A stretch of DNA of 48,844 nucleotides from Felis catus. Taxonomy: Eukaryota. Location of the stretch: NCBI RefSeq assembly GCF_018350175.1, contig NC_058382.1:61940001-61988844 (forward strand). The letters are read 5' to 3'. The notes beneath the pieces were generated by a model. The model was not told where the DNA came from. It did not search any database and saw only the letters and a list, made by a program, of their open reading frames with translations. Shown piece by piece: positions 24,201 through 34,800 of this stretch (positions are counted from its first letter, which is position 1; each line of letters opens with the position of its first letter). A program made the translations under genes and the position numbers.

Positions 24201-27200
24201 ATGCAGTGCATGCCGCACTGTAGCCTCCTGTGTACCCAGTGCCCGCGGCACTGCACCATGCACTGAAACCAGTTCCAGCATGTATGCAGCCTCCAGTGAA
24301 CACATTGCCCGTAGCACTGCAGCTTCCAGTGAACCGAGATCAGGCGGCAATGCCCCCTCCAAGGTACCCAATGCCTTCGACACTGCCCCCTCCAGTGAAC
24401 ACAGTGTCCGTGGCACCGCACCCTTCAGTGAAGCCAGTGTCCGCGGAACTGCACCCTCCAGGGAAACCAGTGCCCAGGGCACTACAGCCTCCAATGGACA
24501 AAGTGCCTTTGGCACTGCAGCCTCCAGTGAAGAAAGTGTCCGCGGCACTGCACCCTCCAGTGAACCTGGTGCCCGCAGCACGGCACCCTGCCGTGAACCC
24601 AGTGGCACAGCACTGCAGCCTGCAGTGCACCCAGTGCCTGCAGGTCTCTACAATCGAGTGAAGCCAGTGTCCTTGGCACTGCACGCTCCAGTGAAGCCAG
24701 GGCCCGTGGAACTTCACCTTCCAGTGAACCAAGGGTCCCCGCCAATGCAGGTTCCAGTGAAGCCTGTGCCTGCGACACTGCACCCTCCTGTGAACCAAGT
24801 GTCCGTGGCACTGCACCCTCCAGTGAAGCCAGTGTCCGTGGAACTGCACCCTTCAGGGAACCCAGAGCCCAGGGCACTACAGAATCCAGTGAACAAAGTG
24901 CTTGCGGCACTGCGGCCTGTTATGAACCCAGTGCGCACGGCTCTGCAGCCTCCAGTGAAGCCAGTCCCTTCCGTACTGCATTCTCCATTGAAGTTTCGGT
25001 CCGCAGCACTGCAGGCGCCAGTAAAGCCAGTGCCCACGGCATTACGGCCTCAAGTGAAACCCATGCCCACAGCACTGAAGCCTCCAGTTATCCCAGTGAT
25101 CCGTGCACTGGAGTCTGCAGTGAACCCAGTGGCCTTGGCACTGCACCCTGCAGTGAACCCAGTTCCGACTGCACTGCAGGTTCCAAGGATCCCAGTGCCC
25201 ATGGCACTTCAGCCTCCAGTGAACAAAGTGCCTGGGGCAATGCACCCTCCAGTGAACCTAGTGCCCGCGGCACTGCAGCCTGCAGTGAACCCAGGGCCTC
25301 CGGGTCTCTACCCTCCAGTAAAGCCAGTGTCCCTGGCACTGACCCTCCAGTGAACCCAGTGCCCATGGCACTACACCACCCCGGGAACAAAGTGCCTGCG
25401 ACACTGAAGCCTGCTATGAACCCAGTGCCCTCGGCTCTGCAGCCTCCATTGATGCCAGTGCACGCCATACTGCATTGTGCAGTGAACCTTGGGTCCGCGG
25501 TACTGGAGCCGCGAGTAAAGCCAGTGCCCACGGCATTGCAGCCTCCAGTGTACACGTGCCAACTGCACTGCAGCCTCCAGTTATCCCAGTGATCATGAAC
25601 TGCAGTCTGCAGTGTACCCAGTGCCCACAGCACTGCACCCTGCAGTGAACCCAGTTCTGACTGCACTGCAGGTTCCAGGGATCCCAGTGCATATGGCACT
25701 GCAGCCTCCAGTGAACAAAGTGCCCGCGGCACTGCACCCTCCAGTGAGCCTGGTGCCCGCGGCACGGCACCCTGCAGTGAACCAAGTGGCACAGCACTGC
25801 AGCATGCAGTGCACCCAGTGCCTGCAGGTCTCTACAATCGAGTGAAGCCAGTGTCCTTGGCACTGCACGCTCCAGTGAAGCCAGGGCCCGTGGAACTTCA
25901 CCTTCCAGTGAACCAAGGGTCCCCGCCAATGCAGGTTCCAGTGAAGCCTGTGCCTGCGACACTGCACCCTCCTGTGAACCAAGTGTCCGTGGCACTGCAC
26001 CCTCCAGTGAAGCCAGTGTCCGTGGAACTGCACCCTTCAGGGAACCCAGAGCCCAGGGCACTACAGCATCCAGTGAACAAAGTGCTTGCGGCACTGCGGC
26101 CTGTTATGAACCCAGTGCGCACGGCTCTGCAGCCTCCAGTGAAGCCAGTCCCTTCCGTACTGCATTCTCCATTGAAGTTTCGGTCCGCAGCACTGCAGGC
26201 ACCAGTAAAGCCAGTGCCCACGGCATTACGGCCTCAAGTGAAACCCATGCCCACAGCACTGAAGCCTCCAGTTATCCCAGTGATCCGTGCACTGGAGTCT
26301 GCAGTGAACCCAGTGCCCTTGGCACTGCACCCTGCAGTGAACCCAGTTCCGACTGCACTGCAGATTCCAAGGATCCCAGTGCCCATGGCACTTCAGCTTC
26401 CAGTGAACAAAGTGCCTGGGGCAATGCACCCTCCAGTGAACCTAGTGCCCGCGGCACTGCAGCCTGCAGTGAACCCAGGGCCTCTGGGTCTCTACCCTCC
26501 AGTAAAGCCAGTGTCCCTAGCACTGCACCCTCCAGTGAACCCAGTCCCCACGGCACTACACCACCCTGGGAACAAAGTGCCTGCGACACTGCAGCCTGCT
26601 ATGAACCCTGTGCCCGCGGCTCTGCAGCCTCCATTGATGCCAGTGCACGCCGTACTGCACTCTGTAGTGAATCTTGGGTCCGCAGCACTTGACCTGCGAG
26701 TAAAGCCAGTGCCCGCGGCATTGCAGCCTCCAGTGAAACACGTGCCAACTGCACTGCAGCCTCCAGTTATCCCAGTGATCCATGCACTGCAGTCTGCAGT
26801 GAACCCAGTGCCCACAGCACTGCACCCTGCAGTGAACCCAATTCTGACTGCACTGCAGGTTCCAGGGATCCCAGTGCATATGGCACTGCAGCCTCCAGTG
26901 AACAAAGTATCCGCGGCACTGCACCCTCCAGTGAACCCAGTGCCCGCGGCACGGCACCCTGCAGTGAACCCAGTAGCACAGCACTGCAGCCTGCAGTGCA
27001 CCCTGTGCCTGCGGGTCTCTACACTCCAGTGAAGCCAGTGTCCTTGGCACTGCACGCTCCAATGAAGCCAGGGCCTGTGGAACTGCACCTTCCAGTGAAC
27101 CAAGGGTCCCCGCCAATGCAGGCTCCAGTGAAGCCTGTGCCTGCGGCACTGCACCCTCCTGTGAACCAAGTGTCTGTGCCACTGCACCTTCCAGTGAAGC

Positions 27201-30200
27201 CAGTTCCCGTTGCACTGGAGCCTCCAGTGAACCCAGGCACCACTGCAGTGGATCCTCCAGTGAAGCCAGTGCCCGCGGCACTGCAGCAGCATTGAACCCA
27301 GGGCTTGCAGGTCTCTACCCTCCAGTGAAGCCAATGTCCCTGGCACTGCACCCTCCAGTGAAGCCAGTGCCCGTGGCACTGCACCCTCCAGTGAACAAAG
27401 TGTCCACGCCACTGCAGCCTCAAGTGAAGCCAGTGCCCATGGCACTGCACACTCTAGTAAAGCCATTATCCACGGCACTGCAGGCACCAGTGAAACCAGT
27501 TTCTGCAAACTGCAGCCTGCAGTGAACGCTGTGCATCAGGCACTGCAGCCTCTTGTGAACCCAGTGCCCGCGGCACTGCATCGTCCAGTAAACCCAGTGC
27601 CTGGGGCAGTGCAGCCTCCAGTGAACGCACTGCCCAAGGCACTGCAGCCTCCAGTGAACCCACTGCCAGTGTCACTGCAGCCTCCAGTGACCTTACCACC
27701 CAAAGCACTGCTGACACCTGTGAACACATTGTCCGAAGCACGGCTGCTTTCAGTGAACCCACTGCCCGAGGCAATGCAGCCACCAGTGAACCCAGTGCCC
27801 GTGACACTGCAGCCTCCGGTGAAACCAGTGCCCGCAGAACTGCAGCCTCTAGTAAACCCAGTGCCCACTGCACTGCAGCCTGCAGTGAATGCATTGCCTG
27901 CACCACTGGAGCCTCCAGTGAAAAGGCCCGCGTCAGTGCATCCCCCAGTGAACCCAGTGACCACGGCACTGGCGCCTCCAGTGAATACAGTGTCCGCTGC
28001 ACTGCAGCCTCCAGTGAACCAGGGCTCGCAGCACTGCATCCTCCAGTAAATACAGTACCCGCGGCACTGGATCCTCCAGTGAACACAGCTCCTGAGGCAC
28101 TGCATCCCCCAGTGAACCCAGTGCCCGCGGAACGGCATCCTGCAGTGAACCTAGTTCCTGCGGCATGGCAACCTCCAGTGAACCCAGTGCCCTAGGCATT
28201 GCAGCCTCCGGTGAACCCAGTGCCTGCGGCACTATAGCCTCGAGTGAATCCTGTGCCCTCGGCACTGCAGCCTCCATTGAACCCACTGCTAGAAGCACTG
28301 CATCCTCCAGTGAACCCAGTACCCGAGGCAATGCATCCTGAGTGAACCCAGCACGCGGCACTGCACACTCCAGTGGACCCAGTGGCCATGGGACTGCAGC
28401 CTCCAGTGATCCCAAGGTCTGCTGACTCTAGCCTCCAGTGAAGCCAGTGTCCCCGGCACTGCACCCTCCAGTGAAGCCAGTGCCCGCAGTACTGCATCCT
28501 CCAGTGAACACAGTGCCCGCGCCACTGGAGCCTCCAGTGAACACAGTGCCCACGGAACGGCATACTGCAGTGAACCTGGGTCCTGCGACACGGCAGCCTC
28601 CAGTGAACCCAGTGCCCGCGGCACTACATCCTTGAGTGAATCCTGTGCCCTCGGCACTGCAGCCTTCACTGAACCCACTGCCAGAAGCACTGCATCCTCC
28701 AGTGAACCCATTTCCCGAGGCAATGCATCCTGAAATGAACCCAGCACGCGGCACTGCACACTCCAGTGAACCCAGTGCCCACAGGCCTGCAGCCTCCATT
28801 GAACCATAGGTCTGTTGACTCTTCCCTCCAGTGAAGCCTGTGTCCCCGGCACTGCACCCTCCAGTGAAGCCAGTGCCTGCCGCACTGCACCGTCAAGTGA
28901 ACCCAGTGCCCGCAGCACTGCACCACGCAGTGAACCCAGTTTCTGCTTCTATGCAGCCTCCAGTGAACACAGTGCCCGCAGCACTGCAACCTCCAATGAA
29001 CCCAGATCCAGCGGCACTACCCCCTCCAGTGAACCCTGTGCAGGCAGCACTGCAGCTTCCAGTTATGTCAGTCACCAGTGCACTGCAGCCTGCAGTGAAC
29101 CCAGTGTCCACAACAGTTCAGCCTCCAGTGAACCCAGTGCCCGTGGCACTGCAGCTTCAAGTGAACCCAGTGTCCATGGCACTAAGCCTCCAGTGAAGCC
29201 AGTGTCCTATGCCCTGCTTCCTCCAGTGACCCCTGTGCCCACAGCACTGCAGCTTCCAGTGATCTCAGTGACCGGTGCACTGCAGCCTGCAGTGAACCCA
29301 GTGCCCACAACTGCACCATGAAGTAAACCCAGTTCCCGCTTCTGTGCAGCTTCCAATGAACCCAGTGCCTGCAGCACTGAACCATGCAGTGAACCCAGTT
29401 CCCGCTTCTATGCAGTCTCCAGTGAACCCGGTGATCACAGTACTGCAGCCTCCAGTGAACCCAGTGCACGGCACTGCAGCCTCCAGTGAACCCAGTGCAT
29501 GCATTACTCCATCCTGCAGTGAACCCAGTGCACAGGGCACTCCAGCCTGTAATGCACCCATTGCCTGCGGCACTGCAGCCTCCAGTCAATGCAGCACCCG
29601 TGGCACTGCAGCCTCCAGTGAACCCAGTGCCTGCGGCACTTCAGCCAACAGTGAAGCCAGTGCCCGCTCCACTCCACCCTCCAGTGAACCTAGTGCCCGT
29701 GTCAATGCAGCCTGCAGCGAACCCATTGCCCACAAAAATGTAGGATCCTGTGACCTCGTGCCGCGGCACTGCACCCTCCAGTCAAAGCAGTGCCCGCAGC
29801 ACTGAACCATCCAGTGAACAGAGTGCCCGCGGTAATGCAGCCTCCAGTGAACCCAGTGCACGCGGCACTGCACCCTGCAGTGAACCCAGTGGAGCGGCAC
29901 TGCAGCCTGCAGTGAACCCAGTGCCTGCGGGTCTCTACTATCCAGTGAAGCCAGTGTCCCTGGCACTGCACCCTCCAGTGAAGCCAGTGCGCATGGCACT
30001 GCACCCTCCAGTGAACCAAGTGTCCTTGCCACTGCAGCCTCAAGTGAAACCAGTGCCCATGGCACTGAACACTCTAGTAAAGCCAGTGTCCGCGGCACTG
30101 CAGCTTCTAGTGAAGCCAGTTCCTGCAGCATTGGAGCCTCCAGTAAACCCAGTGCCTGCGGCACTGCAGGCACCAGTGAAACCAGTTCTCGCAGCACTGC

Positions 30201-30487
30201 AGCCTGCAGTGAACCCGGTACACGAGGCACTGCACCCTCCTGTGAACCCAGTGCGCGCTGTACTGCATTGTCCAGTGAACCCAGTGCCTGGGGCAATGCA
30301 GCCTCCAGTGAACGCACTGCCCGAGACACTGCAGCCTCCAGTGAACCCACTGCCAGTGTCACTGCAGCCTCCAGTAAACTTACCACCCGAAGCACTGCTG
30401 ACACCTGTGAACATACTGTCCGAAGCACTGCTGCCTACAGTGAACCCACTGCCTGAGGCAATGCAGCCTCCATGAACCCAGTGCCCG
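18217..30487. repeat. Giant GC-rich 33-bp minisatellite array (~370 units), consensus CCAGTGAACCCAGTGCCCGCGGCACTGCAGCCT, with a 495-bp higher-order period
   Basis: Unit directly visible throughout the 12,271 bp. All translations show 11-aa periodicity (PVNPVPAALQP, SSEPSARGTAA, GTGFTGGCSAA). Diagnostic variant units recur at 493-495 bp spacing. Confidence 0.98.
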
Positions 30488-30669
30488 CCATCATGGAGTT
30501 ACTTACGTTAAGGCCTCTTGTCACTAACCCTAAATTTACTCCTGTAGGAATGTAACCTTTAACCGGTCAGCAATGAAATTCCTAGTCATTGCCGGAAATT
30601 TAACTGATAGACCCCTGCCATTCCATCAGGGAGGAATTCTCGCCTAAATAAGGTATTCCATGCACTAAA

Positions 30670-30825
30670 TTTGTTTTAAGTTTATTTATTTTGAGATATA
30701 TATAGAGAAAGAGAGCACATGCAAGGCAGGGGCAGGTATAGAGGGAGAGAGAGAAGCCCATGACCACGAGGTCATGATCTGAGCCAGGATCAAGACTCAG
30801 ACACTTAACCAAGCGATCCAGACCC
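30670..30825 (-). mobile_element. CAN-SINE, internally deleted (copy B)
   Basis: Paralog of 8504-8660. Confidence 0.85.
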
Positions 30826-31645
30826 TGAGAATGTGGAGTTTCAAAGGTTAGAAGGCTTGGCTGGGATACAGCCCTGAGGTCACTGGCCTAATCCTTGAGA
30901 GAAGGCAGCAAACTACTTACAGGCAGATGGTGTGGAAACAGTGACCTGTACATCGCCTGGTGCACACAGGGGGGTGATTATACACTCTCATGGGGAGCAT
31001 CCCTGAGAGGCAGTGTTCACAACAAGGGGACAAAGGAGGTAGGACAGAAGAGGTGTGTGGGACCATTTTCCTCCTCTTCCCCACAGCATAAACACAGAGC
31101 CATCTGGTGGAAACAATGTCATCCTCACACTGGCTGCCTAAGATGCTTACACCAACCCCACATTCCTGTGCTCTGGTGAGACTGGCCTTCTAGGTCAATC
31201 AGGCTTGCCTAAGTCCCAATGGAGGTTTCCCCTTCCCCAGAAGACCAGCGGAAGCTCATGACCACACCACCTCTCTTGACCAGACAGTTCTGCAGAGCTT
31301 CACTTCGAGTGGCAGTCATTTCAAGTCTCATTTAAGAAGCAGATCGGAGCTGGCCTAGACAAAACTCAGCACATTCTGGCCAAGGACCATACATTGTCCA
31401 TGCAACTGGCCTGAAGGACAGTGCAGCCAGAACACAAAACAATGTATGCAACACACACCACAGACACTCCCTGATGTGTCAGGCCCTGGACACTAGATGA
31501 CCTCCTTTTCATAAAGCCATTCATCTCACAGGCAGCTAACATAATGAGCGTTTGTAACACAGAGAAGGCAAAAACTCAGCCAAAATGCCAAGACAAGAGG
31601 AATGCATCCCAAATGAAAGAACAAGATAAGGTCATGGCCAGAGAC
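30826..31645 (+). mobile_element. LINE-1 5'UTR and ORF1 start (copy B)
   Basis: Paralog of 8661-9480. Confidence 0.7.
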
Positions 31646-32497
31646 ATGGAAGGAACACTTCCAAACTCATTCTATGAGGCCAGCTTGGCCTTGAGTCCAA
31701 ACTGGACAAAGATCCCACCAGAAAGGAAAACTACAGACCAATTTCCCTGATGACCCTGGATGCAAAAATTCTCAACAAAAGTAGCAAACCGGATCCAACA
31801 ATACATACAAATAATTATTCACCAGAATGAATTGGATTTATTCCTGGGATGCACCACGAATTCAATATCTGCAAATCAACTGATGTGATACATTACATTG
31901 ATAAAAGAAAGGATAACAACCATATGATCCTCTCAATAGATGCAGAAAGAGCATTTGACACAATGCAGCATCCTTTCTTGATGGAAAAAAAAAGCACTCA
32001 TGAAAGGAAGTATAGAGAGGTCTTGTCTGAATATCAGTATGTCCAGATACGAAAGTCCCACAACTAATATCATCTTCAATGAGGAAAAACTGAGAGCTTT
32101 CCCCCTAAGGTCAGGAACACGACTGGGATGTCCACTCTCACCACCATTATTCCACAAACTGTTGGAACTCCTAACATCAGCAAGCAGACAACAAAAGGAA
32201 ATACAAGGCGTCCAAATTGGCAAGGAGGGTCAAACTTTCCCTCTTCGCAGACGTGATACTTTCCAAGGAAATCCAAAAGACTCCATGGAAAAACCGTTAG
32301 GACTGATACTGGAATTCAGGAAAGTCTCAGGATATAAAATCAATATACAGAAGTTGACTGCATTTCTATACACCAATAATGAGTCAGCAGAGAGAAATCA
32401 AGGATTGATGTACTTTACAACTGCACTGAAAACCATCAAATACCCAGGGGTAAACATAACCAAACAGGAAAAAGATCAGTACACTTAAAACAATAGA

Positions 32498-32715
32498 GGG
32501 GCGCCTGGGTGGTTCAGTCGGTTAAGTGCCGACTTCGGTTCAGGACATGATCCCGCATTTGTGGGTCTGAGTCCCGTGATGGGCACTGTGCTGACAGCTC
32601 AGAGCCTGGAGCCTGCTTCAGAGTCTGTGTCTCCCTCTCTCTCTCTTTCTGCCCCTCCCCTGCTCATGTGCTCTTTCTCTCTCTCAAAAAAAACAAACAT
32701 TAAAAAAATAAAGGA
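32498..32715 (+). mobile_element. CAN-SINE (copy B)
   Basis: Paralog of 10329-10556. Head 'ggggcgcctgggtggttcagtcggttaag'. Confidence 0.93.
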
Positions 32716-33113
32716 ACAAACCATACAACATCTATGAAAGAAATGGAAGAAACACAAAGAAACCGAAAAACATTCCATGCTCATGGGTGAGAAGAACAAA
32801 TATTATTAAAATGTCAATACTACCCAAAGCAATCGACACATTCAATGCAATCCCTATCAAAATAACACCAGCCTTCCTCACAGAACTAGAACAACCCTAA
32901 AATTTGTAGGGAGCCAGAAAAGACCCCAAATCGCCAAAGTCATGTTGAAAAAGAAAACAAAGCTGGAGACATTAAAATCTGGACTTTATGGTGTATTAGA
33001 AAACCGCAATCATCAAGAAAGTATGGTACGGGCACATAAACGGACACAGACATCAATGGAATGGAATAGGGAACCCATAAATGGACGCTCAAACATATGG
33101 CCGAGTAATCTTT

Positions 33114-33336
33114 TTTTTTTAATTTTTTTTTCAACGTTTTTATTTATTTTTGGGACAGAGAGAGACAGAGCATGAACGGGGGAGGGGCAGAGAGAGAGGG
33201 AGACACAGAATCAGAAACAGGCTCCAGGCTCCGAGCCATCAGCCCAGAGCCTGACGCGGGGCTCGAACTCACGGACCGTGAGATCGTGACCTGGCTGAAG
33301 TCGGATGCTTAACCGACTGCGCCACCCAGGCGCCCC
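33114..33336 (-). mobile_element. Young full-length feline SINE (SINEC_Fc-like), present only in copy B
   Basis: Reverse strand begins ggggcgcctgggtggcgcagtcggttaagc and retains many CpGs. Perfect 17-bp TSD atggccgagtaatcttt (33097-33113 and 33337-33353). Empty site in copy A at 10944-10960. Confidence 0.97.
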
Positions 33337-33458
33337 ATGGCCGAGTAATCTTTGATAACACTGGAAATAATATCCAATGGAAAAACAAAAGTCTCTTCAG
33401 CAAATGGTACTGGGAAAACTAAACAGTGAGAAGATTGGACCTGGACTATGTTCTTAAA

Positions 33459-33498
<40 letters not shown>

Positions 33499-34132
33499 CA
33501 AAATGGATCAAAGATATAAATGTAAGTAGGGACCATCAAAATCCTAGAGGAGAAAACAGACAATCTACCTCCTTGATCCTGGCCACAACAACTTCTTGCT
33601 TGTCATGTCTCCAAAGCAAGGGCAATAAAAACCAAAATGAACTATTGGGACCTCAAGATAAAAAGCATCTGCACAGAAGAGGACATAGTCAGCAAAACTG
33701 AAAGGCCACTGAATGAAATGGGAGAAGATATTTGCAGGTGACATATCAGATAAAGGGTTAGTATCCAAAATCTATAAAAAATTATCACACTCAACACCCA
33801 AAAACCAAATAATCCAGTGAAGAAATGGGCAAAAGACGTGAAGAGACACTTTAACAAAGATGACATCCAGATTGGTCACACATGAAAAGATGCTCAATCT
33901 CACTTGTCATCACTGAAATACAAATCGAAACCACAATGAGATATTCCCTCACACCTCTCAGAATGGCTAAAATTAACATCTCCAAAAAAGACAGATGTTG
34001 GCAAGGATGCAGAGAAAGGGAACGCTTTTGAAACGCTGGTGGGCATGCAAAGTGGTGAAGCCACTCTGGAAATAGTATGGAGATTTGTCAGAAAAACTAA
34101 AAATAGAACTACACTAGGCCCCAGCAATTGCA

Positions 34133-34332
34133 CTACTACGTATTTATCCAAAGGATACACTAATGCTGAGTCGAAGTGGCGCATGCACTTTATAGCAACA
34201 TTATCAACAATAGCTAAGTTATGCAAAGAGCGCTACTACGTATTTATCCAAAGGATACACTAATGCTGAGTTGAAGTGGCGCATGCACTTTATAGCAACA
34301 TTATCAACAATAGCTAAGTTATGCAAAGAGCG
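34133..34332 (+). repeat. Two-copy 100-bp tandem duplication within L1, copy B only
   Basis: 34133-34232 and 34233-34332 match except tcgaag/ttgaag. Copy A has a single unit near 11767-11873. Confidence 0.95.
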
Positions 34333-34800
34333 CAAATGACCATTGACAGATGAATGGATAAAGAAGATGTGGTATATTCATACAATGGAATATTACTCGG
34401 CGGCCAAAAAGAATGAAATCTTGCTATTTGAAACAACATGGATGGAACCAGACTTGATTATGCTAAGCAAAATATGTCAGAGAAAGACACACATCATATT
34501 ATCTTTTCATCTGTGGAATTTAATACAACTGATGAACGTAGTGAAAGGAAAGCAAAAAAAAAAGAAGATAAAAACAGAGAGGAAGTCAAACGATAAGAGA
34601 CTCTGAAATACAGAGAAGAAACTCAGGGTTCCAGGAGGGTTACTGAATAGGGGTATAGGCTAAATGGGTGATGGGCATTACGGGCGCACTTGGGATGAGT
34701 ATTGGGTATATTTTGTACTTGATGGATCACTAAATTCTACTGCTGAAACTGTATTCCACTATAAAGTAACTAACGTAGGCTTAAGTTAAAAAAAAAGAAA

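Larger units (their letters stand above)
31646..34800 (+). mobile_element. 5'-truncated LINE-1, ORF2 RT region to 3' end (copy B)
   Basis: Paralog of 9481-12340. ORF 32000-32488 contains the L1 RT motif 'EKLRAFPLRSGTRLGCPLSPPLF'. Confidence 0.92.

Noticed and set aside
18217..30487. CRISPR-like array (33-bp palindromic repeats)
   Set aside because: Units are head-to-tail with no unique spacers, there are no cas genes, and the context is mammalian.
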